The notes under the pieces: generated by a model
Database searches by the model: none
What the model was told of the DNA's origin: nothing
Seen by the model: only the letters and a program-made list of their open reading frames with translations
Assembly (NCBI RefSeq): GCF_009914755.1
Contig: NC_060925.1
DNA length: 64,000 bases
Origin: the human T2T-CHM13v2.0 reference genome, Homo sapiens
Direction: 5' to 3' (one strand)
Made by a program: the position numbers and the translations under genes
In this document: in pieces, positions 29,928 through 53,475 of the stretch
How positions within the stretch are numbered: position 1 is the first letter of the stretch
Layout: every line of letters begins with the position of its first letter

Positions 29928-30343
29928 TGATGTAGAAAAAAAAACAGGTTCTTGTCACATGACCAGGATAATTTAGGCACAGGGACACACTGTAAGGTTA
30001 GTAGGGCAGGGTTTATCGGGTGAAAAGGAAAAAAAAAAGGGAAACAGGAACTCCAGCAAACCGAAAGAGAGGCCGGCTAGCAGGTTTTCCTCCTCAAAGA
30101 TTGAATCCCAGGTCACCACACAGGAACAGGAGATGCCAGGATCCTCGCCACTGCAAATAGCGTGAACTTCCCAAGGCTCCACCCAGTCCTCCCAGTGCGC
30201 AGGTGGCCATTATTCAGAAAGAATCGGTTGGGAAAGGGCAGACTTCATCCAGACTAGCACTCTGGTTTTTCAGCCTTCAGACTGTTTTAGGCTTGAAGGA
30301 GGGGTTTCACTGGGAGACTGTTGGCTGCCTCCTGTCTCTGTCG
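29928..30343 (-). mobile_element. MER61-like ERV1 solo LTR
   Basis: TGATGTAG..CAGGTTCTTGTCACATGACCAGG..GGCTGCCTCCTGTCTCTGTCG; TSD TTAC. Confidence 0.8.
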
Positions 30344-30483
30344 TTACTGTGTCCATCCTGAAGAGTCATCAATAAGACAAATGGGGAAGAGATTGTGACT
30401 TTATTTTAAAAAACAAGAGAGAGAGAGAAACATCTCCACTGCCGCCCCTCCCCTCCCCCCCCAGAAAAAACTACCAAGAGCTA

Positions 30484-32335
<1,852 letters not shown>

Positions 32336-33099
32336 ATATTAGTACAAGTGCAAGGCCCTCTTTGCATTAAGCCTTCTGTTAAGATCCTAAGGAGCCCTAA
32401 TGGGGCAGAGAGAAGATAAATTTGGCTGGGATTCCAGAATGGGTCAAGTAAATTGCTGAAGTGAGCAGGGAGAGACATATTTTGGGAAATCTTAGAACTT
32501 TAGGGGATAGTGAAAGAGGGGAGGTATTGAACTTTCTTCTTTCCTCTCTCCCCTTACCGCTGAATTACAGAGGATGGGAAAAAAGTTGGTTATAAAAAAT
32601 CTTGAGCTGCTTTACAACCAGCCTGCCAGAGTAATCATTTTAAAATGTAAAGTCTTAAACTCCCCTTTTTAAAACCCTTTAATGCATTCCCATTTCACCC
32701 AAACATTGATCATTATTTTGGATTGAATTAATGGGAGAGGGAATCCCACATGATGAATAAATGGAGTCCTTAGAGAGAGATGTATGAGAATGCTGCTGGC
32801 AGGAAGGACAAACCCTTGCTCACAAGTTACAGTCTGGGATTTTCTTATTCTTTCCTCTCAAAGCCCTCACATTTTCTCCTCCTTGCCTATTCCCCATTCC
32901 CAAAGGAACTTGATCCCCTCAGGACAAAGCTGGATAGGGCCTCTGTTGAGTCAGTTCCAGCCTCTCCTCTTTACGACCTCAAGAAGCGAGTGAAAACCTG
33001 TCTCCCAAGTCAGAGTGCCTTACACACCTGAAGGCTCGCCTAGGGCAGGATATGCACAGATAGGATCTCTTATTGTTCAAGCACAGACTAAGCAACACA

Positions 33100-33310
33100 G
33101 CCCAGCAGTCAGGAGCACAGTCTTCACAGATGGATAGAGCAGAGTTGGAATCTTAATCTGGCCACTTCTGAGCTGTTAATAAACCTTTCAAAATATCAGT
33201 TTCTCGTCTGTAAAATGATGACAGGAGAACCTACTTGAGGGTTGTCAGGATACTTAAATGTGATGCCTGGCACATAGTAAGTACTCAATAAATACTGACT
33301 ATTGTTAGTA
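33100..33310 (+). mobile_element. MIR
   Basis: CAGTTTCTCGTCTGTAAAATGATG..TGCCTGGCACATAGTAAGTACTCAATAAAT. Confidence 0.78.
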
Positions 33311-33796
33311 CTAAAATCATAATTCTAGAAGCTAGATAACATAACTTTCTCTCTCCCCTCTCACATGCAAGAGAGTGGAGCACAAATGTTCTATTGTTCT
33401 ACTAGCCATGATAAAATTCAAGCTAGTTACAATATTTTAACAATAACCATAGTTCCCTTCCTTTCTTCTAACTTCTGACAGTGTAACACAGCAGTCCCCA
33501 ACCTTTTTGGCACCAGGGACCAGTTTCATGGAAGACAATATTTCCTCGGCTGGTGCTGGGGCTGGGGGTGTAGTTATATAGGCATGAGCAGGGCAGGAGA
33601 GGGCTCTCCCGACCCACTAGGAATGTCAGGTGATGGTTCAGCAATTATCACATTGCTTCGCTAAAAATGATAATTAGGCAGCCAGGAGAGACAGTCCCCT
33701 GATGGTCCACACCTGTTAACATTAAAAGTGTTAATTGAATGCAGACCCCATGGAGAAGCAGCTTCTCGGGCATGCGTGTTAAGAGACAAAATTGCA

Positions 33797-34551
<755 letters not shown>

Positions 34552-35991
34552 TCAGTCCCAAAGAGTAAGGAAAGCACTGCACATGCGGAAAGCCCACCCT
34601 AAGGGAAGAATCTTGGGAAAGAGGCAAGCCTATAAAAATCCTAGGATCATGGTTAAATGGGGACTTGATATTCTTTTTCTCTCTTCGACCTTCAGGCACC
34701 CACTTGGATCTCTTCCAAGGGTTATTTTCTTTATTTCCTGCCTTAAAGCCTTTTTAAATAAACTTCCATTCCTGCTCTGGAACTTGCTTCGGTCTCTTTT
34801 TCTGCTTTATGCCCCTTCATTGAGTTCTTCCTTCTGAGGAGGCAAGGACTAAAGTTGCTGCAGACCTGTATGGATAGCTGCTGGTAACTCAGGGTAACTC
34901 CAATCTCTTCCACTGCTAACAGGGTGGGCAGAAATGATTTCGGGATGAAACTGTTCCACCTCCGATCATCAGGCATTAGATTCTCATAAGGAGTGCACAA
35001 CCTAGATCCCCTGCATGTGCAGCTCACAATAGGGTTTGTGCTCCTATGAGAATCTAAGGCTGCCACTGATCTGAGAGGAGGCAGAGCTCAGGCAGTAATG
35101 CTCACTTGCCAGCTGTTCACCTCTTGTGGTGTAGCCCGGTTCCTAACAGGCCACAGACTGGTACTGGTCTGCAGCTCGGGGGTTGGGAACGCCTAGTGTC
35201 ACAGTTTATTTCCCCTGGGCCAGGACAGCCTATGGATGCAGCTAGGAGGACAAGGTTTCTATTGTTTCTACCAACTCCAGCCCCTGCCCCACACCCACTA
35301 TATCCACATTCTGGGTACTTCTAACTTAGATCTTGTTTTCTCCTCAAAGAAAGGAGAATCTTTAAGGGGTGGGGTAGCTCACAAATACTTGGGTATCCTC
35401 CCAACCTTGTCTTTCAACTTCCCAGTCACTACAAATTGCTGCAACCTCCTGACCCATCTGCACAATCCCGTCATCACTCACCCCAGCCTCACCATACTGC
35501 TTCACAACAGCCTGGCTTCTTGCGAGCAGCCCTACCCACGTAGATCTGCTTCTTTCTTTTATTATTATTATTTTTTTAATTTCATTTTTTCTTTCTAATA
35601 AACCTTTTGTGATCCTAAGATCTGCTTCCTTACAATCTGTCTCTGTCATTGCTGCTGGTACCCAGCAGCCGGCTTGCCTTGCCCCCATTTTTTAGGCAAA
35701 GCCTGAGCTGTTTCTCAGAGTTCTCAGAAGTCCCAGCCTGTTAACCAGCCCCCGTGTGCAATAAGAAATACTGTTGTTGAGCCAGGCATGATGGCTCGTG
35801 CCCATATTTCCAACAACTGAGGAGGCTGAGGCAGGATGATTACTTGAGCCCAGGAGTTCAAGACTAGTCTGGGCAACATAGCGAGACCCAACCTCTAAAA
35901 AAAAGAAAAAAGAAATACAGTTATGATGTTAGTTGTGGGCTTGTAATAAATTTTTTTCTTATTTTTATTTTTTTAAAAAAGAAAAGCAATA

Positions 35992-36384
35992 CAGTTGTCT
36001 CTGGTTATCCATGGGTAATTGGTTCCAGGACCCAATAGTGGATACTAAAGCCAGCAGATGCTCAAGACTCTTACACAAAATGGCATAGTATTTGGATATA
36101 ACCTACACACATCCTCCCCAGAGGATGTGTATACTGTATATTCTTTTTCCCCAGAAACAGCCAGGAAGAACTTCTGTACACTTTAAATCATACCTAGATT
36201 ACTTAATAACACCCAATACAAGTAAATGCTATGTAAATAGTTGTTATACTGCATTGTTTAGGGAATAATAACAAGAAAAAAAAGGTCTGTACATGTTCGG
36301 TACAGACACAAATTTTGGAGTATTTTTGATCAGTGGTTGGTTGAATCTGTGGATGCGGAACTCATGAATACAAAAGGCCAACTG
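35992..36384 (+). mobile_element. MER2 (TcMar-Tigger), preceded by FLAM 35780-35912
   Basis: TIRs CAGTTGTCTCTGGTTATCCATGG / CATGAATACAAAAGGCCAACTG. Confidence 0.88.
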
Positions 36385-37900
<1,516 letters not shown>

Positions 37901-38380
37901 CAGAGAATCCATTTCCTTCCCTCTTCCTGGGATCCCAAGAAACCCACACTAAATCTTCTTGACCCCTCCTCATGCAACCTCGGGGTAAACAACATTTCTC
38001 CCTCCTTCAGTTGATCTTCCAGCCTCCAGGGACAGATGCATTCTCAAGTAGCATCAGCAACTCTCCTCTAGGGATCTTGCTAAAACTGTAATAATCACAA
38101 CCCTTTATTAGTCTATTTCCTTAACCCATACATAACATTCTACATTTAGCCCCTTTTCTCCAGAAACGTAGTCACCCTTGTGATTTTGTAAATTTAGTAA
38201 GTTTACTGAGAAACTGGAGAGGGATTATAGCACACACAGTAGTTTTCCTACGTTTGGTACCTCTGCCCTCTCTCACCTCTGGCTCCACACTGCTCTCACT
38301 GAGAAACCTCTCCAAGTAATGGGTCTTTTAGGAGGCACACACTGAGGTGGAAGAGAACTGCCCCTAGGTCGACTTGCCTT

Positions 38381-38852
38381 TGTAAAAGGAAAATAAATCT
38401 TGGGGCCCCAAAATCACTAAGCCAAAGGGAAAAGTCAAGCTGGGAAGTGCTTAGGGCAAACCTGCCTCACATTCTATTCAAAGTCACCCCTCTGCTCACT
38501 GAGATAAATGCACATCTAATTGCCTCCTTTGGAGAGGCTAATAAGAAACTCAAAAGAATGTAACCATTTGTCTCTTATCTACCTATGACCTGGAAGCCCC
38601 CTCCCCACTTCAAGTTGTCCCGCCTTTGCTTCGAGTTGTCCCGCCTCTCTGGACCAAACCATTGTTCATCTTATATATGTTGATTGATGTCTCATGTCTT
38701 CCTAAAATGTATAAAATCAAGCTGTGCTCTGACCACCTTGGGCACATGTAGTCAGGACATCCTGAGGCTGTATCACGGGTGCGGGTCCTCAACCATGGCA
38801 AAATAAACTTTCTAAATTAACTGAGTCCTGTCTCAGGTATTTGGGGTTCACA
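38381..38852 (+). mobile_element. MER4A-type ERV1 solo LTR
   Basis: TGTAAAAGGAAAATAAATCTTGGGGCCCCAAAATCACTAAGC..TTGGGGTTCACA; TSD CCTT. Confidence 0.9.
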
Positions 38853-39320
38853 CCTTCTCCAGTGCCACTGAAATTATGATGATTAAAACATCCTCAGAAC
38901 TGTGCAGATATATGTTCTGTATTCCCCTCTCTTAACCACTTGAGCACTGCCTTGAGATCCAGTGTGAATTCTGTTTACCTCCTTTTCTTGCTCTAGAAAG
39001 AGCTTTCTGGGTCTTCTGGATCTATTTCTATTTCTTTATTACCTCTTACCACTAGCAACTTTTACTTTCCAATTTCAATTTTTTTCTTTTTCTTTGGCCT
39101 AGGCCAGTCTTGTAGCATAGCTAACTGAGGGGGCGGGGGGCAGGGTTGTCATCCTAACATAAGGATAAAATGGAGCTAAAGTTTTTCACAAACTTTATAT
39201 TAGTTTAAAATTTATCTTATTTGCCTAACCATATAAAGGTAAATTCAGTTAAATTTATGTTTAGCAAATACTTAACACACAGACACATACACAGCACTAT
39301 ACCAAGCACATTGAGGGATA

Positions 39321-41120
39321 TGTTGGGGGGCAGAAAACGATTCCCCAAGATATGGACTTCGGCTTGCTGAGTGCTTTTGAAAATTGAAAGGCCTCAGTGA
39401 AACAGGATAGTTTCCTTGACCCCTTTGCAGGACTTGTGAAGGGGGTGGCTCATTTACTCAGCCCACAGCTCTCAACCCCTCGTGGGAGGGGGAGCATGTG
39501 AGTGGGCAGGTGCAGGGTCCAAGGTAAGTGCTTCTGGGAGCCGACAGGAGCAGAACTCCATGTGGCCCCTGGCAGCATCTTGGGGGTACCTGCAACCCCT
39601 AGAGCCCCAGAGGGTACGTGTGACAGTGTGCTCTTTTAACTTTGCTGTCTACAAATGGCTTAAGTGCTTAACAGCTCAGTGTGACAGCTGTCTGTATACC
39701 AAGCTCTTGTTCGGCATGCAGAAGAATCAGGTCACATGAACGAATTGAAGATGGTAAATGTGGGGGATTTTATTGCCTATGAAAGTGACTCTCAGCAGGA
39801 TGGGCAGCTAGAAAGGGGATGGAGTGAGAAGGATGGAGTGGGAAGGTAGTCTTCCCTTGGAGTTCGGCCAGCTTAGTTCCATCCCTGGCCAAACTCTTCT
39901 CCAAAGTCCTGCTGTCAAGTTGTCCCTCTGAAGTCAAGCTGCTTCTCTCCAATGTTCAGCTGCTTCTTCTCTTCCCTCCTTCTCTGCTGTTCCGCTCTGC
40001 TGCTCTGCCAGTGGAGCCTGGGGTTTTTATGGGTACAAGATCAGGGGCGGGGCAGGCCAAAAAGCAACATTCAAGTAGGAAAACAAGAATGCATGTTCTC
40101 ATTTTGGGCCGAAGTTCCAGGCTTGAGGGTGGAGCCCTCCCTGGGGCTGCCATCTTCTATCCAGTATTTCCCTGCCTCCTATCCATTTCATCAGAATAGG
40201 TCTCAGAACCAAAATCTCTCTCTCACTTTTCCCCGACGCCTGGTCTCTCTAGTCCTCTTTTCCAAGCCACCAGAAGGGACTCTCTCGGGAATTTCCTTAT
40301 CTGATTAAGAAAGCATCTTTCCAAAAGAAATGCAATTGTTTTAAGACTCCCTCCCTAGAAAATCTCATCAAATGACCAGGAAAGATCAACCACCAGAGAA
40401 TAGAAGAGACCAGGAGTCTTCATCACGTCCAGACAGAATTTTCATTTGTTTTTCTGAGGGCAGCTTCAAGAGATTACCTGAGGGGCTTCATCTACATAAT
40501 AATAAAAAACCTTTGTTATGCCTCTCAACTTTGGAGTTACTCCCAATCAGCTCCCACAGAGAACCATAGTCTGAGCATTGGGCCTATTCATTCCTCCATC
40601 CCTCCCCCAACCCCATGAAACAGGGTACAGAAGCTTCTGTACCACTGAGTTGTTGGGTGATCACCCTGTGATTCTCCCCCTGTGCCCAGCACATTAATAG
40701 ATTTTGCGTGCCTTTTCTCCTGTTAATCTACATTTTGTCAGTTGCTTTTCAGAAAACTTCATGGTATTTTTTTCTTTTTCTGTTTTTCTGTCTCTCTCTT
40801 TCCTTCTTTCTTTCTTTTCTTTCCTTTTTTGACAGGGTCTCACTCTGCTTCCCAGGCTGGATAGCAGTGGCTTGAATTCAGCTCACTGCAACCTCCATCA
40901 GTTCCCCCACCTCAGCCTCCCTAGTAGCTGGGACTATAGGCATTGTGCCTCTATACTTGGCTAATTTTTTTAAATTTTTGTAGAGATGATGTCTCACTAC
41001 ATTGCCCAGGCTGGCCTCAAACTCCTGGCCTTAAGCGATCCTCCTGCCTTGGCCTCCCAAAGTGCCCAGCTTCAGAGAAACTTCAAAGGGCTAAGGGCAA
41101 GTTTTCCCTTGGTCCCTACA
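39321..41120 (+). mobile_element. MER39-type ERV1 solo LTR containing another LTR and an AluJ (-, 40766-41063)
   Basis: TGTTGGGGGGCAGAAAACGATTCCCCAAG..TTCCCTTGGTCCCTACA; TSD GATA. Confidence 0.8.
39398..40190 (-). mobile_element. LTR1/LTR27/LTR28-group ERV1 solo LTR
   Basis: Reverse complement begins TGAAATGGATAGGAGGCAGGGAAATACTGGATAGAAG and ends ..CCTGTTTCA; TSD TCAG. Confidence 0.82.
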
Positions 41121-41530
41121 GATACAAATGCAAATGTGACTGAGCCTGTGGCCTCATAGAGCTGATGGTCTGATAGAAAAAAATAAGACACAGAAAACTA
41201 GAAAACTCAGAAATCCATGGCAAGTAATCTTAGAGAGGGACTAGGGGCAGAGGGGATAAGGCTGTCTGGAATGTCCCACAGGAGAAACAGAGGAGGTCTT
41301 TGAGGTCAAAGTATCATTTTATCTGGGCTCCTAGGGTAAAATTTCAACCACAAAAACTCTGAGCATTTTGCAGGTGCAAGGCTTAACATCAGCAATATCG
41401 TTCAGGCCTAATATTGCTTTTGATAATAGGTGATTAATTCAGTCTAGGAAATCCCTGGTGATAACACCTCAGAAGTCTGAGAACAGGTTTTATGAATTGA
41501 GAAGGCACATAGGCCTCAAATCCATGCAGA

Positions 41531-44015
<2,485 letters not shown>

Positions 44016-45591
44016 TAAATTTTAACAGAAAAAAAAGTTAATATTACATTGTGTTCATTTATCATACTCTTACACTAAACTTTTTACATACACAAAGACA
44101 GCAATCCTGTATTAATTCATTTCTGTGTTCATTAAGTATCTTACATTGCCTGAAACATAACTAGTTATTTAATAATCATTTGTCAATTGAGTAATTAAGG
44201 AAATTCTTCACTATGAAATCCTCACTTACCAGGCTTCAGCCTGCATCAGCCTAAAACTCCTACGAGATAAGGTCCACAACTCTCAATCTAAGTCCTTTAA
44301 CTGCACTAGCCTCAGCATCCAGACCTCACCATCTGACTCCATCTTGAGACTTAGGGCCATCCCACATGGGGCCATTATAATTGTTCAACCACACTAGATA
44401 TTACAGAGTTGGCATAAATGACCAGGAACAAAAACGGATTTTTCCCAATACCCTCGTTCCCATATTGCCTTATTATTCCTTCCCTCCTATACCTGTACCC
44501 TCTTTGCATCCCAAACTCATAGAATACTACCTGAATTCCTAGTCATGATTAAGACTCAGCTTTGACTCAAGAACATTTCCCCTATAGTCTCGTTAATGTT
44601 TTTTTCCCCATCCTATATACCTAAAGCTGGGTAAGTGAGGTTAAGATTTTCCTCACTCCTAATAGCACTTCCAGGCCTTCACTCTCCTTGAAGTGTCACT
44701 GTCCTTTTGAGAGTTATTCTTTCTCTGACATCTGTATATTTTACATGCTTGCATTCTTGGAATACTTGGTAGTTTTCAATGTTCAGTGGATAACGCTTCT
44801 AACACTTTAGCTTCCTAGTTTCTTGATGCCTGCAACTTCACTAATTACCATTTCTCCTTCATTCAGCTACTCATTCTTGTGATCATTTCTGAACCATGTC
44901 ATCATCTGGAATTACTTTATTAATCCATTAATTATATTCCAAACTATAATAACTCATCCTCTGACAAGGACTCTCATCTTTCAAGCACCCACTAGACAGT
45001 CCTTTTGACTCTCACAAGACTGTTCTTCTACTTCTTATTCTTTCATTTCTCCCAATCTTCTCCCAACCTCTTTTCCTTCTGAACACAGGATACTCTTATA
45101 TAGTGGATCATATGCACAATTTTTTCATGAACAGCCTTGATTCCAAGGCATACCTATCTTTAAGTTCTGGGTCAATTCTACAATTGCCTTCTCTACTCTT
45201 ACATTGGGACAATAAGCACAATTGAATAAAATGATAATCTTTATGCAAATGTACCGCTAAAAATTAACAACCCTCAACCTCAATGAGGTCTTTTAGCAAT
45301 TTCTCCTATTCCGCTTTAAAGATTAATCTAAACCTTAGCCAATTTTATCAACTCCCCTCTCTTTTCACCTCTATCAAGTGACCTTCATCAAATTTCAACC
45401 AAGTCACATACCTATAATTTTACCTAGATTCTCCCTAATTCTCACCAACTTATCTCCAATTTTAGAGAAGAAGATATTCCTCTTTCTTAACTGCATTCCT
45501 TATTGCTCCACAAAGAATGCTGCCCCTTCACTTAGCTATCTCTCTCCTGCATTACTAATTTCTCCATCTCAACTACCCTCATTAACTTAGC

Positions 45592-46980
45592 CCAGGGGGA
45601 TGTCAAACTTTTTCTGTGAAGTATCACATAGTTAATATTTTAGGCTTTGTAGGTGTGTCAGGTTGTTTTTACTATAAAGAAATTTTTGCCACTATAAAGA
45701 AATTGGGCACTATAAAGAAATTTTGGAGGCTGGGTAACTTATAAATAAAAGAGCTTTAATTGGCTCACTGTTCTGCAGGCTGTACAACAAGCATCGTGCT
45801 TCTGGTAAAGCCTCAAGGAGCTCTTACTTATGGTGGGAGGCAAAGCTGGAGCAGGCATGTCACATGGTGAGAGTGGCAGCAAGAGAGTGAATGAGGAGGC
45901 ATCATACTTTTTTATTTTATTTATTTATTTACTTGGAGACAGGGTCTCCATCTGTCACCGAGGCTGGAATACAGTGGTGCCATCAAGGGCTCACTGCAGC
46001 CTCAACTTCCTGTGCTCAAGCAATCCTTCTACCTCTCTGAGTAGCTGGAACTACAGGCTTGAGCCACCACATCTAGCAAATGTTTTTGATTTTTTTGTAG
46101 AGATGGGGTCTCACCATATTGCCCCAGGTTAGTCTCAAACTTTTAGGCTCAAGCAATTCTTCCACCTCAGCCTCCCAAAATGCTAGGATTATAGGCATGA
46201 GCCATTGTGCCCAGCCTGTCACACTCTTTTAAACAACCACACTTTTTTTTTTCTTTTTTGAGACGAGATGGAGTCCTGCTCTGTCACCCAGGCTGGAGTG
46301 ATCCCAGGCACGATCACCAGGCACAATCTCGATCTCAGTTGACTGCAACCTCCATCTCCCAGGTTTAAGCAATTCTCCTACCTCATCCTCCTGAGTAGCT
46401 GGGATTACAGGCACATGCCACCATGCCCAGCTAATTTTTGTATTTTTAGTAGAGACAGGGTTTCACCATGTGGCCAGGCTGGTCTTGAACTCCTGACCTC
46501 AGGTGATCCGCCCGCCTCAGCCTCCCAAAATGCTGGGATTACAGGCGTGAGCTACCGTGCCCAGCCTAAACAATCACATTTCAAGTGAACTGAGTAAGAG
46601 CTAACGTATCACCAAAAGGATGGTGCTAAACCATTCATGAAAGATCCTCCATTTCCCAGTCACCTCCCACCAGGCCCCACCTCCAACATGGGGATTATAT
46701 TTCAACATGAGATTTGGAGGGGACAAATATCTAAACTGTATTAGTAGGCCTTACTATCTCTGTCACAACTATTCAACTCTGCTGTTACAACATGAAAACA
46801 ATCGACAATATATAATAAATGTGTGGCTGTGTTCCAATAAAACTTTATGGACAATGAAATTTTAATTTCATATTTCACATGAACAAAATATTGTTTTCAA
46901 AGATGTAAAATGTAAAATCCATTCTTAGTTCAGGAGTGATACAAAAACAGGCAGTCAGCCATATTTTGCCTTCCTTGACT
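45592..46980 (+). mobile_element. MER58B hAT transposon containing an MST-type MaLR LTR (-, 45654-46743), itself holding two Alus (45907-46216, 46242-46567)
   Basis: CAGGGGGATGTCAAACTTTTTCTGTGAAG..GTGTGGCTGTGTTCCAATAAAACTTTAT; MaLR TSD GTAGG; ACTATAAAGAAATT triplicated at 45671-45724. Confidence 0.82.
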
Positions 46981-46989
46981 TAGCCTATA

Positions 46990-47170
46990 ACAGATTCTCA
47001 GAGTGAGGTCTCAACAGCATCAGCATCATGTGGGAATGTGTTAGAAAGGCAAATTTTCCTGCCCTACCCCGGATCTAGTGAATCAGAAACTCCGGGCATG
47101 CAGCCCAGCTGACTAAGGCCTAATAAGCTCTCTAGGTGATTCTGATACATACTCAAGTTTGAGAACTACT
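46990..47170 (+). mobile_element. MER5A DNA transposon
   Basis: CAGCATCAGCATCATGTGGGAATGTGTTAGAAAGGCAAATT..TGAATCAGAAACTC..AAGTTTGAGAACTACTG. Confidence 0.8.
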
Positions 47171-48541
47171 GTCCTCTAAACAAGTTCAAGTCTCTCCTTC
47201 AAAAAAAAGGCCTCTGACTTTGCACCTCAAACTTTTTCTCATTTCATCCAAAATTCCAGAATGATTAGTCAATTCTTGCTGGCTCCATTTTCTCAGCATA
47301 ACTTACCATGAGTTTATAAAATGAGAGTAAGAATACCACCAAGTGGTTGTCAGAACTACATAAGATGATTATAGGTGGGAATTCCACATAGGAAATTCTT
47401 CATGTAGTCAAGAAAGGTGGAAAGGATTTTAACTGCATATCCCAGGGAGGAGAAATATAGAAGGAACAGTGCCTGCCTCCCCATAATCCCCTCACCCACT
47501 CCTCATCATAGAAGAAGAGTGAGCTGATGGGGGAGCCTGGGAAAAGGAATGAAACCTGTTCTGCTTACAGGGGCAGCTGGAACTTACTCAGCCTCTCTGT
47601 GCAAAGTAGAAAGAGGCACCTCCTCAGGAGAACACAGTCCTATAGAGCAAAGCTTGGTGATTGGAAGGTAACCCGTGGAAATAAGAATAAGATATAATTT
47701 ACTCAAGTGGACAGAGCCCTCAGGGACACTATCGGGTCCTGTTTGCTCGTCTCCTGCTAGGTTGCCTCTTTTGGTTTCTGAATTTTTGTGGTCCATTAAT
47801 TTCCTAAAGTCTCTGTAAATCACCCCTTAGCCTCAATGAAACCAGCAAGTCTCTTTGATAGGAACTTTTAAACAGGTACAGTGGTCTATAGCCAGCAGGG
47901 TCCTGTACTTGCCCAAGATTGCCAGGACAATTTTCCCCAATATTCAGTTTTTCCATCTACTAACCAATATAGCAATGGTAAAAGTATTGTGTGGAGTGTG
48001 TTGTTCAAAAATATAGGTGCTTGAATTTCTATTTTTCCTGTTCACTAAGATCATAATTGCAGTATTTAATGCAGACAGCAATCATGCCATCATCTTTGCT
48101 TTTGGAAAAAAACGACAAACAAAAACAAAGCAGCAGGAAGAATGTGCCAAGTTAGAGCTACATTTGAAGTGCTCATGGAATGTTAGAGGAAATAGGAGAA
48201 TCAGAGAAGTTCTCACAAAACTGTATGAAATATAAGCTTTTTTTTTTTTTTTTCCAGAGCTGGGTTCTCACTATATTGCCCAGGCTGGCCTTGAATTGCT
48301 GAGCTCAAGAGATTTTTCTGCCTTAGCCTACTGGGTATCTGATCTGGGACGACAGGTGTGCACCACCATACTCAGCTAATAAGTAGCATTTTTATGGGTG
48401 GATAAGAAGAGAAAGGAATTCCAAGTGAGGAAACAGCATGAGAAAAGTAGGGGGGGAATAATCTGGGGTAGCTGGAGCACAGAAATGTTGAGAGTTGGCA
48501 TGGTTGAACTTGACAGCCAAATCCTGAATCTTTATATGTCA

Positions 48542-49654
<1,113 letters not shown>

Positions 49655-50015
49655 TACTAAGCCCCGTTAGGACAGAGAAAATTTAAGTGATTCCTTTATC
49701 TTTAATGGATTTAGTAGAGTACTTGGAACATAGCAGCAGATTATTAAATATTTGTAACAAGAAAAAAATGAATGTGTGAAATTTCATTTACTTATACTTA
49801 GTTGAGTCAGGTGGCCTAACAAACTGTAAGGAGTCCTAGCAGATGGAGGAGGCAGGAAGTCAAGCTAGAAAATTTACATGTGAGTTATTATTTATTGCTT
49901 GATGAGCTCATCAGATGAGTCAGAAATCGTTTTCCCAATATTCCTGTAATAGACTCAGATGACAAATACAAAACTTAATTTGCTTCCAACAACTTCTTTA
50001 AAGGAAAAAAATTAT

Positions 50016-51861
<1,846 letters not shown>

Positions 51862-51872
51862 TGAATTTCTTA

Positions 51873-53472
<1,600 letters not shown>

Positions 53473-53475
53473 GGA

